Shown piece by piece: positions 20,143 through 30,074 of a DNA stretch of 64,000 bases. Position numbers and translations under genes: made by a program. The DNA is taken from positions 904 to 64,903 of the forward strand of contig NZ_MICC01000076.1 in the NCBI RefSeq assembly GCF_001829715.1, written 5' to 3'. The notes beneath the pieces are model-generated. The model was not told where the DNA came from. It did no database searches and saw only the letters and a list, made by a program, of their open reading frames with translations. Within the stretch, counting starts at the first letter, position 1. Each line of letters begins with the position of its first letter. The stretch is from Sulfurimonas sp. RIFOXYB12_FULL_35_9. Its GTDB lineage: Bacteria; Campylobacterota; Campylobacteria; Campylobacterales; Sulfurimonadaceae.

Positions 20143-21420
20143 ATGAAAAAAATATTATTAGCAAGCACACTTTGTGCAGTTTTGGTTTATGGCGATGCGG
20201 CAGCTCTGCTTCCTGTAGAAAAAAGAACTTTTGATCAATCAAAATATATTCCGGATATCTCTGCAATTTTAGATTTCTCTTATGTAAACAACAGCGTAAA
20301 AGATGATGAAATCGCACATTTAGAACTTCCTGGAGTGGCTCACGGGCTTTTAGGAGAACACTCTCACGGTGACTCAAATCATGCAACATATAATGCAAAA
20401 AATGGTTTTAACCTAAACTATGCAGAAGTTGTACTCTCAAGCAGCGTAGATCCGTTTCTTAGCATGGATGCCGTTTTTCACTTTAGTGAACATGGTGTTG
20501 AAGTTGAGGAGGCTTACTTTACAACGACTGCACTGGGTCATGGGATAAGAGCTAGAGGTGGAAAGCTTAACTCAAATTTCGGCTACTTAAATGCTCAACA
20601 TCACCACTACTGGGATTTTGGAGATATGCCGCTTGTTTATGAAGCGTTTTTAGGAATGCATGGCATCAATGAGCTAGGCGGTCAAATCCAGTGGACTGCT
20701 CCGACACCGTTTTACCTAATGGCAGGTTTTGAGGTGCTTCAAGGCACAAATGAACAGATGTTCGGAAACGAATCTGTAGATATAGAGGAGTTTAGCGGCG
20801 TAGAAGAGGATAAAATAAAGGGCACAAGCGCACCGTCTCTATATGTCGGATATGTAAAAGCTTCTCATGATATCGGAGATACAACAATTGCAGGAGGCGT
20901 CTCTTACGCTCAGGGCGATTCCATGATAGATCACAGCGATGACCATGAGGGTCCACATGTATTTAACGGAGATGCTAAACTTTACGGAGCAGATTTTGTA
21001 GTTCTGCACTCGCTTGATTCATACAGTTCTATAAAATGGCAAAGTGAATGGCTAGGAAGAGAACTTGATGGCATTCAGTATAATTTAGAAACATTCATAA
21101 ATCCAAACATGAATAAAAAACAGAGCGGTCTATACTCTCAGCTCATCTACACGCATGACAAAAACTGGAAAATGGGCGTTAGATACGATACAATTTACAA
21201 AAATGATGTTGTAGCAAACGGCGTAAATAAAAATATGACGGATGATTTTAATAAATACTCTGCGATGGTGGAGTATCACACAAGCGAGTTCGCTCGTTTT
21301 AGACTTCAGTACAACCGCAATGAGGCGATGTACAATGAAGACGGAAACAGAGTTGATATAGATACGATTATGCTTCAAGCAAATATCTCTATCGGAGCAC
21401 ATGCGGCTCACAGTTTTTAA
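20143..21420 (+). CDS. His-rich outer-membrane beta-barrel protein (putative metal-uptake porin)
   Basis: A signal peptide and beta-strand periodicity are present, and the protein ends ...AAHSF. His clusters include EHSHGDSNH, AQHHHYWDF and DHSDDHEGPH. Confidence 0.55.
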   Translation: MKKILLASTLCAVLVYGDAAALLPVEKRTFDQSKYIPDISAILDFSYVNNSVKDDEIAHLELPGVAHGLLGEHSHGDSNHATYNAKNGFNLNYAEVVLSSSVDPFLSMDAVFHFSEHGVEVEEAYFTTTALGHGIRARGGKLNSNFGYLNAQHHHYWDFGDMPLVYEAFLGMHGINELGGQIQWTAPTPFYLMAGFEVLQGTNEQMFGNESVDIEEFSGVEEDKIKGTSAPSLYVGYVKASHDIGDTTIAGGVSYAQGDSMIDHSDDHEGPHVFNGDAKLYGADFVVLHSLDSYSSIKWQSEWLGRELDGIQYNLETFINPNMNKKQSGLYSQLIYTHDKNWKMGVRYDTIYKNDVVANGVNKNMTDDFNKYSAMVEYHTSEFARFRLQYNRNEAMYNEDGNRVDIDTIMLQANISIGAHAAHSF

Positions 21421-21481
21421 GAGTTTCTTAAAAACTTATCAGGTACGGTTATAGCCGTACCCCAAACAAAGAAGGCAAAAA

Positions 21482-22357
21482 ATGAATAAATTTTTACTAC
21501 TGTTTTTCTTACCTCTCTCTCTTTTTGCTCACCTAAATATTGCCGTAAGCTACCCATATATCGGTGCTTTAACAAAAACAATAGGCGGTGATCATATAGA
21601 AACGGTTGTTTTAGCCAAGGGAAATTGGGATCCGCACTTTATAATCCCTCGCCCCTCTCTTATCTCAAAAGTAAGAAATGCCGATGCGCTTATTATGAAC
21701 GGCGGACAACTTGAAATCGGCTGGTTGCCTCCGCTGCTTAACCGTGCAGGAAACCCGAAAATAGAGCCAAATGCCAAAACATTTCTAAATCTATCGCACC
21801 ATATAGGACTTATCAACAAACCTTCAAACGTAGATCGTTCAGGCGGCGATATTCATCCTGAGGGAAACCCGCATTTTCATCTAAGTCCACAAAATATTTT
21901 ACTTTTGGCAAATACTATAAAAGATTTTTTGATCTCAATAGATACGGAACATAAAGCGGTCTATGAAAAAAATCATAGCGAGTTTTTATCCATGTGGAAT
22001 CAAAAAATGAAACTTTGGAGCGAAAAAATGGCTAATAAAAAAGGTTTAAAGGTAATCCAGTTTCATGACAATTTAGCCTATTTTAACAACGCATACGGAC
22101 TTGTAAATATAGGTACGATTGAGCCGCTCCCGGGAATTCCACCATCTTCAAAACATACGATTGAGATGATAGAGCTTATAAAAAAAGAGAACCCTTGCTG
22201 TATCCTGCATGATGTTTACCACTCTACAAAAACAGCCGAATTTATATCCGAAAAAACGGGCATAAAAGTTGTTTTAATGCCGCATGACATAGAAGCGTTG
22301 GAAAATATTAACGATTTAGGCTCACTCTTTGATCATCTCACAAGTGCTATAAAATGA
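21482..22357 (+). CDS. metal ABC transporter substrate-binding protein (ZnuA/TroA cluster 9-like)
   Basis: A signal peptide is followed by NIAVSYPYIGALTK..GGDH, DPHF and GNPHFHL metal-site-like motifs. The length is 291 aa. Confidence 0.7.
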   Translation: MNKFLLLFFLPLSLFAHLNIAVSYPYIGALTKTIGGDHIETVVLAKGNWDPHFIIPRPSLISKVRNADALIMNGGQLEIGWLPPLLNRAGNPKIEPNAKTFLNLSHHIGLINKPSNVDRSGGDIHPEGNPHFHLSPQNILLLANTIKDFLISIDTEHKAVYEKNHSEFLSMWNQKMKLWSEKMANKKGLKVIQFHDNLAYFNNAYGLVNIGTIEPLPGIPPSSKHTIEMIELIKKENPCCILHDVYHSTKTAEFISEKTGIKVVLMPHDIEALENINDLGSLFDHLTSAIK

Positions 22358-23100
22358 TAGATATTCTGCTCACTCCCATAGCCTTGGTTATTATTTTAGT
22401 TATGCTTCACTCCTACTTCGGCATGGAGATCCTAAAACGCGGCATTATCTTTACAGATCTTGCAATTGCGCAGTTTGCAGCACTCGGTTCATCTGTTAGT
22501 CTTGGCTATTTTCATGAGGAGTATTTCTATCTTTTAACTCTAAGTTTTGCGCTCTTTAGCGCATTTCTTATAGCGTTCGCTTCTACAAGAAAGCTGCATC
22601 TGGAGGCTTTTATCGGGATTCTTTATGTTTTAGGCGCAAGCGGTATTATGATGGTTCTCTCCCATTCGGCTGAGGGAATGGAACATTTTAAATCTCTTTT
22701 AGCCAGCGATATACTCTTTACGCCTCCGAGCGAAGTTCTTAAAAGCGGCATTATCTACTCATTTATCGCTCTTGCGTTATACTTTTTATATCCAAAACTC
22801 GACGGTTTTTTAAAAGAGCTTCTCTTCTTCTCGCTATTAGCCATAACCGTGACATCTTCGGTCGCACTGGCGGGAGTTTTTGTGGTTTTCGTACTTCTTA
22901 TAGCTCCGCCGTTTGTAGCTATTTCATTAGGGTTTAAAAGACCTCTGCTTTATAGCTTCTTTTTTGGATGGTTTTTTGGCATAAGTGCAATCGTCATCTC
23001 CTACTTCTACGACTTGCCTACAGGTTACAGCGTAGTATTTTTAGGCGCATTTCTAACGGCAGTCGTAGTTTTAGGAACATCAAAAAAAGAAAAAATATGA
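22354..23100 (+). CDS. metal ABC transporter permease (ABC-3 family-like)
   Basis: The protein is polytopic with 7-8 TM helices and contains the GIIFTDLAIAQFAALG motif region. It overlaps the binding-protein gene by 4 nt. Confidence 0.6.
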   Translation: MIDILLTPIALVIILVMLHSYFGMEILKRGIIFTDLAIAQFAALGSSVSLGYFHEEYFYLLTLSFALFSAFLIAFASTRKLHLEAFIGILYVLGASGIMMVLSHSAEGMEHFKSLLASDILFTPPSEVLKSGIIYSFIALALYFLYPKLDGFLKELLFFSLLAITVTSSVALAGVFVVFVLLIAPPFVAISLGFKRPLLYSFFFGWFFGISAIVISYFYDLPTGYSVVFLGAFLTAVVVLGTSKKEKI

Positions 23101-23408
23101 AATTTCCAAGCGAGTGGACACAAAAAGAGTTTTTGCAAAATAAAAAGGTGCTTGAAGCCGAGGGCATAAAAGTCCTTCTTATAGATACCATCCTCTCGCC
23201 CATTGAAAAAACAGATACCGTAGTCTACAATCCTTATGAGCTAAATAAAGAGCCGCGAGGGAGTGTCTTCGTATTTTACTGTGACAGTGGAAAAAGCACG
23301 CTAAACAGGCTTGAAGAGTATAAAAAGAGGTTCCCTCTGTATAACTGCATCTCGCTAAAGGGCGGCAGAGGTTACTGGCGGATAAATATGAGTGTTTTTG
23401 ATGAGTAA
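23097..23408 (+). CDS. rhodanese-like domain protein
   Basis: I set the start to the ATG at 23097, which forms an ATGA overlap with the permease stop. The listed longer ORF 22968.. has an implausible basic N-terminus. The active-site loop is VFYCDSGKST. Confidence 0.6.
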   Translation: MKFPSEWTQKEFLQNKKVLEAEGIKVLLIDTILSPIEKTDTVVYNPYELNKEPRGSVFVFYCDSGKSTLNRLEEYKKRFPLYNCISLKGGRGYWRINMSVFDE

Positions 23409-23727
23409 TCATGAAGAGCATCTAGAGAAGTTCATCCAAAATTTGCATAGCGGAAATTTTTATGATGCACATGAAGATATTGAATCTCTCTGGTTTCCTA
23501 GAAGATTCGAGGAGAGCGATGAAGTGAAACTCTTAAAAGGTTTTATAAATGCTTCGGTATCTTTTGAACTTCATAAAAAAGGCAAAATCGAACCTTCTAA
23601 AAAAGTTTGGAATAATTATCTTAAATATATGGATCTCATACACTCTATAAACTCGCCATATCTGGAAAAATATCACCAAATCATAAAAGATATTGACATA
23701 ATCAAGAAGAGTTTTATAAACATATAG
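23401..23727 (+). CDS. DUF309-like protein
   Basis: The N-terminal motif LHSGNFYDAHEDIESLW is present. The ATG at 23401 overlaps the upstream stop by 8 nt. Confidence 0.55.
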   Translation: MSNHEEHLEKFIQNLHSGNFYDAHEDIESLWFPRRFEESDEVKLLKGFINASVSFELHKKGKIEPSKKVWNNYLKYMDLIHSINSPYLEKYHQIIKDIDIIKKSFINI

Positions 23728-23741
23728 GTAAAATTTCACCC

Positions 23742-24494
23742 ATGAAAACACCTATATTAATATCACTTTTAACGGCACAATCCCTTTTTGCACTTGTATC
23801 TATCATTCCCGTTGAGATCGGCAAAGAGATCGGCTTATCAAACATAGCGGAAGCTTCCCTTGAAACTACAAGAGGAAATACAGACACGGACAGCTACAAA
23901 GCATCTTACAGAACTACTTATGATGACGGAGAAAATTTTGTTACATGGGCAGAGGCTTCCGGAGCATACGGAAAAGCAAATAGAGATGAAAACACAAATA
24001 AAGTTTTTGCACATGCAAGATATATACATGCGATTACTCCGGAGTTGGTAAGAGCCGAAGTATTTACACAATACCAAAATGATATGTTTATGAATATCAA
24101 AAATAAGGTTTCATACGGAACAGGTGCCAGATTTAAGGTGCTGGACTTCGAGCGTGATGCGAGAGGATATATCGGACTTGGTCTATTCCATGAAACTATC
24201 AGTTATAGAAATCCGGAGATTAATCCCTCAGAGAGAAATACCAGACTAAATTCATACTTTTCCTACTCAATAGATTTAAATGATAAAACATCTTTAGCCT
24301 ATGCACTCTACTTTCAGCCGAAAGTAAATGACATCACGGATAACATCCAATCACATGAGATTGAATTAAAAGTAAATATCTATAGAGATATGTTTTTAAA
24401 ATTTAACATCGCCTATACTATGGATAGCGAACCTCCTGTTAATATAAAAAGATATGATTTTACCCAAAACACATCTTTTGTTTTTAAATTTTAG
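23742..24494 (+). CDS. DUF481 (YdiY-like) outer-membrane protein
   Basis: A signal peptide is followed by TTRGNTDTDSYKASYRTTY and a beta-barrel pattern. The terminal residue is F. Confidence 0.6.
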   Translation: MKTPILISLLTAQSLFALVSIIPVEIGKEIGLSNIAEASLETTRGNTDTDSYKASYRTTYDDGENFVTWAEASGAYGKANRDENTNKVFAHARYIHAITPELVRAEVFTQYQNDMFMNIKNKVSYGTGARFKVLDFERDARGYIGLGLFHETISYRNPEINPSERNTRLNSYFSYSIDLNDKTSLAYALYFQPKVNDITDNIQSHEIELKVNIYRDMFLKFNIAYTMDSEPPVNIKRYDFTQNTSFVFKF

Positions 24495-24524
24495 TCTTTT
24501 ATTTAAAAGATAAAAGGATATAAA

Positions 24525-25334
24525 GTGGATATAGCAAAATACACAGATTTGGCAGTTATGTATATAAGTGAGTATGGACTTAAAGTTGTTGTTTCAATAG
24601 CCATATTCATTATCGGTAAAATGGTTGTTAAAAAAATTACCGCACTTCTAAAAATAGTGATGCATAAGGCTAAAGTTGATAATACTTTGGTTGAGTTTTT
24701 ATCCAATTTAATCTATTTCGTGCTTCTTATAGTAGTTATTTTGGCTTCACTGAATACTTTGGGCATAAATACTACATCATTTCTAGCAGTATTTGGAGCA
24801 GCATCTTTAGCTATCGGTTTGGCACTTAAAGATTCACTCTCAAATATCGGTGCAGCAGTGCTTATAATAATATTTCGTCCGTTTGAAGTAGGAGATTCCA
24901 TAGAAGCGGCAGGAGCTTCAGGCAAAGTGGAAGAAATAAATCTCTTCTCGACTGTTATGGTAACACCTGATAATAAAACAACAACCATTCCAAACTCTAA
25001 AATCATAGCAAGCAATATCACAAACTACTCAAGCAAGCCGATACGCCGTGTAGACCTTGTTTTTTGCATAGATTACCGCGATGATTTAAAACTTGCAAAA
25101 GATATAATGATGCAGGCTATAAAAGATGACAGCAGGATTCTAGAAGAGCCTGCCCCATTTGTAGCCGTTGGCGAGCTTGGCGAGAAAAGTTTGAACTTTG
25201 TGTTTCAAGTTTGGGTAAAAACAGAAAACTATTCAATCGTTCGTTTTGATATGCTTGAGAAAGTCAAGCTTGCATTTGACACACATGGGATATCTATCCC
25301 ATTTCCCAATATGAATATTCCTTTAATCAAGTAA
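24525..25334 (+). CDS. small-conductance mechanosensitive channel (MscS family)
   Basis: Three N-terminal TM helices are followed by FRPFEVGDSIEAAGASGKVEEINLFSTVMVTPDNKTTTIPNSKI. The start codon is GTG. Confidence 0.85.
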   Translation: MDIAKYTDLAVMYISEYGLKVVVSIAIFIIGKMVVKKITALLKIVMHKAKVDNTLVEFLSNLIYFVLLIVVILASLNTLGINTTSFLAVFGAASLAIGLALKDSLSNIGAAVLIIIFRPFEVGDSIEAAGASGKVEEINLFSTVMVTPDNKTTTIPNSKIIASNITNYSSKPIRRVDLVFCIDYRDDLKLAKDIMMQAIKDDSRILEEPAPFVAVGELGEKSLNFVFQVWVKTENYSIVRFDMLEKVKLAFDTHGISIPFPNMNIPLIK

Positions 25335-26442
25335 TATTTAGCTCTGCTTTTTTGCGACTTCCCCAAAGATATAAAAAATAGCTTGCTAAAAGTGCGATAA
25401 AAGTCGAACTTAAGAAAAGCTGTGCCGGATAGAGTTCATACACATATCCGGCAATGAGAGCACCTAAAAAAGCTCCAAAACCATAAGTTATCCCCGAAAA
25501 AAGCTGTTGTGCCAAAGATTTGTGTTTATAAAGATAAAAAAGATAGCTTATCGCCGCCGAGTGAAATAGTGCAAAACTGAGTGCATGCAGAGCTTGCGAG
25601 AAAAACAAAATAGTTATATTTTCCGGAAATATAAATAGCAAAAGCCAGCGGAAGGCTGTGATAAAAGTCGTTGCTTGAAGAATCAAAAGCAGGTTTTTGC
25701 GAAGTAGCGATCCTTGGAAATAGAGCATAAAGATTTCAACAACTACACCAAAACTCCACAAATATACCGCTATATCCATGCTCACTTTATGATCTGTCAC
25801 ATAGATAGTAAAAAAGTTATAAAACGAACCGAAACTTACCTGCATAAGAGTAAGCCCAGCCCATAACCTCCAATCTTTTAAAATATCTATATCATTTTTT
25901 GACTCTTCGCCCTTATCTAAAAAAGTGTCCGCTCTCTTTGCTATAACAAACGCTGATAAAGATGTAATAAAAGTTAAAACCAAAAGGTAAGCAAGTGCGA
26001 CATTTGCGGAGCTTAAAAACTTTACTAAAACAAGTGCAACCAAAATAAAACCAACCGAACCAAACAGCCTGATTTTACCGTAATCCTCTTTACCGAGATA
26101 CTTCAAAGATATAAGCTCAACATACGGAAGCACTATGCTTAACCCGATTCCCAAACTAATATTTGAGAAGAGCAGTTTGTAAAAGCTATCAAGCGAAAAG
26201 TAAAATGAGGTGGCGCTCAAGCACATAATGAATAGTGCTATGTTAAAAGCACTTCTATTGATTTTAAGCCCTTTTATAAAAGCAAAAGGAACCGCAAACC
26301 TCACTAAAGGAGCAGCCGCAAATATAATGCCTATATCGCTTGCGGAGTAACCCGCCATAGATAAAACCTTTGGCAAAAATATTATATACACGCCAATAAT
26401 TGAGAAATAAAAGAAATAAAATATTGCTAGTAAGAATGACAT
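25327..26442 (-). CDS. MFS transporter (MFS_1-like / PPP-type)
   Basis: The 371-aa protein has about 12 hydrophobic helices. Confidence 0.7.
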   Translation of the reverse strand: MSFLLAIFYFFYFSIIGVYIIFLPKVLSMAGYSASDIGIIFAAAPLVRFAVPFAFIKGLKINRSAFNIALFIMCLSATSFYFSLDSFYKLLFSNISLGIGLSIVLPYVELISLKYLGKEDYGKIRLFGSVGFILVALVLVKFLSSANVALAYLLVLTFITSLSAFVIAKRADTFLDKGEESKNDIDILKDWRLWAGLTLMQVSFGSFYNFFTIYVTDHKVSMDIAVYLWSFGVVVEIFMLYFQGSLLRKNLLLILQATTFITAFRWLLLFIFPENITILFFSQALHALSFALFHSAAISYLFYLYKHKSLAQQLFSGITYGFGAFLGALIAGYVYELYPAQLFLSSTFIALLASYFLYLWGSRKKAELNIT

Positions 26443-26526
26443 TCGTGATTATATACTAAAGAGATAAAATATATGTTATACTTACAATAACTTAAAGTAA
26501 TATTAAAAAATAAGGAATGGTTTCGA

Positions 26527-27015
26527 ATGTTAAAAGAAATGAAGGATGAAGATTTCATTGTATCAAAAACAGACCTTAAAGGTCGTATTGTATACTCTAA
26601 TCAAATCTTTATGGATATGGCGGAATATACAGAAGATGAGCTTTTGGGAAAGCCTCACAGTATTATTAGACATCCGGATATGCCAAAAGCGGTTTTTAGG
26701 CATCTATGGAACGTAATCCCTACAAAACAAGAAATCTTTGCTTTTGTTATCAATAAAACTAAAAACAATAACGATTACTGGGTATACGCAAATGTAACGG
26801 CAACGGTAGATATTAACGGTAAAATCGTAGATTACTATTCCGTCAGAAGAAAGCCAAATCCAAAAGCTCTAGCAGTCATCATACCTCTGTATAAAAAAAT
26901 GATGGAAGTAGAAAAGAGTAGCGGTATAGACGCATCATTTAAGGTATTAACAGATATTTTAGCAGAAAAAGGAGTAAGTTACGATGAGCTTGTTATCTCT
27001 CTTCAAAACCAATAA
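26527..27015 (+). CDS. stand-alone PAS domain protein (CetB/Aer-PAS-like)
   Basis: The PAS core reads [47 protein letters not shown]. The length is 162 aa and there is an AAGGA ribosome-binding site. Confidence 0.8.
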   Translation: MLKEMKDEDFIVSKTDLKGRIVYSNQIFMDMAEYTEDELLGKPHSIIRHPDMPKAVFRHLWNVIPTKQEIFAFVINKTKNNNDYWVYANVTATVDINGKIVDYYSVRRKPNPKALAVIIPLYKKMMEVEKSSGIDASFKVLTDILAEKGVSYDELVISLQNQ

Positions 27016-28303
27016 AAATAAACAAAGACATGAGCAAATGCATGATTTAGTCATCAAAGTTCTAAGAGAAGCCGCTGATGGAAAGCTAAACGGCAGAATT
27101 ACAAACATACCAAATGATAACTCAAGAGAATCCGCATTTGCATGGACGATTAATGATGTATTAGATCAACTTGAAGCATTTATGAGAGATGTTGAAACAT
27201 CCATAGAGAGCGCATCCATAGGCAAAACATACAGAACAACGAATCCGGAAGGCTTACACGGAATCTTTCGTACAACATCAGAAAAATTAAAACTGGCTAT
27301 TTCATCTATTGCAGTCGGGTATGAAACTAGAATCAAAAGCAAACTTTCAGACGATCTTAGCACTTTGGGCGGCGGTATCGGAGCCGGGCTTGAGGTTATA
27401 CAAAAAGATATCGTCGTTTCTCAAAATGGCTCAGATGAAATTTCACAAGTTTCACAAAGGACAGCAGATCTCTCTTCAAAAAGCTTACACAGCGTACAAG
27501 AGATAAGCCAAAAACTAAGTATTCTCATGAATTCTATCTCATCTTCGCATGAAATAATCGTAAATCTTGAACAGAGATCTCGCGATATCTCTAACGTCGT
27601 AGGACTTATCAAAGATATCGCAGATCAGACAAATCTTCTTGCACTCAACGCTGCTATTGAAGCAGCTCGCGCAGGCGAACATGGACGAGGATTTGCGGTA
27701 GTTGCAGATGAAGTTAGAAAACTGGCAGAGAGAACACAAAAAGCAACTCAAGAGATAGAGATAAATATCTCAACTCTTCAACAAGAAGCAAATGAGATGA
27801 AAAGCAGTTCCGACAATATTTCAGAAATTGCCGGAGAGTCAAACGAGGTGATACATGAGTTTCAAAAAACTTTTGAGGAACTAAACTCATACGCAAACAA
27901 ATCATCTGATATCTCTATAAAAATCAATAATCAGCTCTTTACAACACTTGTAAAAGTAGACCACATCATATTTAAATCAACTGCATATTCATCCGTACTT
28001 AATTCTCACGGAGATAAAAAATTCGTAGATCATAGAAACTGCCGCATGGGTAAATGGTATGCCGGGATTGGGCAAGAGAAATTTGGACATACTAAAGCCT
28101 TTAAAGAGATGGATTCTATACATGCAAGCGTTCATGACTCTGTTTTAAGAAATCAGGAGTACGTACAAAGCGGTAGCGTACTAAAAGGAGATCATCCGAC
28201 TGTCATTTTTAATAACTTCAATGAAATGGAACGCTCATCAGATATCCTCTTTCACAAGTTGGATGAAATGGTTGAAGAGTATATGAAAAATAGTAAAAAA
28301 TAA
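26984..28303 (+). CDS. soluble methyl-accepting chemotaxis protein with C-terminal CZB zinc-binding domain (TlpD-like)
   Basis: No TM segment is present. The MCP hairpin reads [38 protein letters not shown]. The CZB motifs are DHIIFKS...CRMGKWY...HASVHD. The gene overlaps the PAS gene by 32 nt. Confidence 0.85.
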   Translation: MSLLSLFKTNKNKQRHEQMHDLVIKVLREAADGKLNGRITNIPNDNSRESAFAWTINDVLDQLEAFMRDVETSIESASIGKTYRTTNPEGLHGIFRTTSEKLKLAISSIAVGYETRIKSKLSDDLSTLGGGIGAGLEVIQKDIVVSQNGSDEISQVSQRTADLSSKSLHSVQEISQKLSILMNSISSSHEIIVNLEQRSRDISNVVGLIKDIADQTNLLALNAAIEAARAGEHGRGFAVVADEVRKLAERTQKATQEIEINISTLQQEANEMKSSSDNISEIAGESNEVIHEFQKTFEELNSYANKSSDISIKINNQLFTTLVKVDHIIFKSTAYSSVLNSHGDKKFVDHRNCRMGKWYAGIGQEKFGHTKAFKEMDSIHASVHDSVLRNQEYVQSGSVLKGDHPTVIFNNFNEMERSSDILFHKLDEMVEEYMKNSKK

Positions 28304-28457
28304 TTATTTACTTACTATTTACTTATAATTAATATAATTTTAAATCTCAAATATGTTTAACCCCTTTCGTACTTGAGATGTATATAACCTATAAATTATT
28401 TTTAATTATCCACTCCTTCTCCCCTTTTGGGCTGGATAATTATGTTACACTTCATTT

Positions 28458-29963
28458 ATGAAAAAAATCCTTTTAACAACACTAAATTCAAGATTTACTC
28501 ACACATCCATAGCTCTGCGTTATCTTTATGCAAACTTAAAAGAGTTGCAGAATGATGCAAAAATCATAGAGTTCAGTATCAATGATGCCATCCAAACCAT
28601 AGCGGAAAAACTTCTTACCCACTCCCCGCAAATCATCGGCATAGGCGTCTATATCTGGAACGCTTTAGAGGTGCGTGAACTTATACATATCATTAAAAAA
28701 ATCTCCCCGAATACAAAGATAGTTCTCGGCGGTCCGGAAGTCTCACATGAACCCTTTAGGGTTAACCTAGATAGTGCAGACTTTATCATTCAGGGCGAGG
28801 GAGATGAAGCATTTTACAGATTATGCAGAGATATTTTTGATGGTCTAGCAAACCAAAGAGTTATAAAAATGAGTATGCCATCTCTTAAAAATGTAGAATT
28901 ACCGTACAAATTTTACACCGACGATGATATAAAGAACAGATACATTTATGTTGAAGCTTCACGAGGTTGCCCTTTTGAGTGTGAATTTTGTCTCTCTTCG
29001 ATGGATGAAAAAGTAAGGGCGTTTGATATAGAACTGTTTTTAAGTGAACTTGAACTTCTTTGGAAGCGAGGTGCAAGAAACTTTAAGTTTATAGATAGAA
29101 CTTTTAACCTCAATATAAAAACGGCGAACAGACTGCTAGACTTTTTTTTGGAAAAAGAGGAGATGTCGCCATACTTTGCACATTTTGAGGTTGTGCCTGA
29201 TCACTTTCCTGAGTCGCTAAAAGAAAAAATTGCTTCCTTTCCGCATGGCGCATTGCAGCTTGAAATCGGTATACAAACTCTAAATCCCGATATTGCCAAC
29301 AACATTTCAAGACCGTTAAAACTTGATAAAATCAAAGAAAACATCCGTTTTTTAGAAAATGAAACCAATGCGCATATCCACCTTGATTTAATAGTAGGCT
29401 TACCAGGTGAGTCTTTAGAGAGTTTTGGAGCAAATCTTGACGAACTGGTAAGTCTGAGCAGCTGTGAGATACAAATCGGCATACTAAAAAAGCTATCAGG
29501 AACCTACATAAATCGTCATGATATAGAATACGGCATGGTTTATAGCGATATTCCTCCGTATGATGTTCTTCAGACCTCAACACTCTCTTTCTTTGATATT
29601 CAGATTATGAAAAGATTTTCAAGATTTTGGGATCTCACTTACAACAGCGGTAACTTTAAAGAGAGTGTAAAACTGATTTGGCAAGATGAGAGCGTGTTTG
29701 AAAATTTTTATGCTTTTAGTTTATGGATTTACACTCAAACGGATTCGACATGGCAGATTTCACTTCAAAGGCTCGGAGAGCTTCTATTTAAATATCTTTG
29801 TGAAGTAAAAAAAATAGATGCAAAAGATATTGCAAAAAATATGTTAAACGATATGATGAAACTAGAGGGCAGAGTAGTTCCAAACTACCTTAAACCTTAT
29901 GCAGAGAACATTGAAAAAAATAAAAAACACGGAACATCGGGTTTCAATAAAAGGCAACAGTAA
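28458..29963 (+). CDS. B12-binding-domain radical SAM protein (DUF4080-type C-terminus)
   Basis: The N-terminal region has a Rossmann-like B12-binding layout. The CX3CX2C motif is CPFECEFC. The length is 501 aa. Confidence 0.75.
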   Translation: MKKILLTTLNSRFTHTSIALRYLYANLKELQNDAKIIEFSINDAIQTIAEKLLTHSPQIIGIGVYIWNALEVRELIHIIKKISPNTKIVLGGPEVSHEPFRVNLDSADFIIQGEGDEAFYRLCRDIFDGLANQRVIKMSMPSLKNVELPYKFYTDDDIKNRYIYVEASRGCPFECEFCLSSMDEKVRAFDIELFLSELELLWKRGARNFKFIDRTFNLNIKTANRLLDFFLEKEEMSPYFAHFEVVPDHFPESLKEKIASFPHGALQLEIGIQTLNPDIANNISRPLKLDKIKENIRFLENETNAHIHLDLIVGLPGESLESFGANLDELVSLSSCEIQIGILKKLSGTYINRHDIEYGMVYSDIPPYDVLQTSTLSFFDIQIMKRFSRFWDLTYNSGNFKESVKLIWQDESVFENFYAFSLWIYTQTDSTWQISLQRLGELLFKYLCEVKKIDAKDIAKNMLNDMMKLEGRVVPNYLKPYAENIEKNKKHGTSGFNKRQQ

Positions 29964-30074
29964 TATTTGATTTTTTTTGATATAATTATCACATAAGCGT
30001 GGGGTGGATAATTTTATTATTTTATGGAATAAGAATATAATTTATGCCGGCTATATTAAAGAGAAAGGTTGTTG

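Noticed and set aside
22968-23408. Listed 146-aa ORF with an Arg/Leu-rich N-terminus
   Set aside because: The first 43 codons lie out of frame inside the permease gene. The ATG at 23097 (ATGA overlap) gives a clean rhodanese-like domain.
28411-30020. Short TGGATAATT-containing motifs upstream of the radical SAM gene and the second MCP gene
   Set aside because: Only about 9 bp are shared in an AT-rich context, which is within chance expectation.
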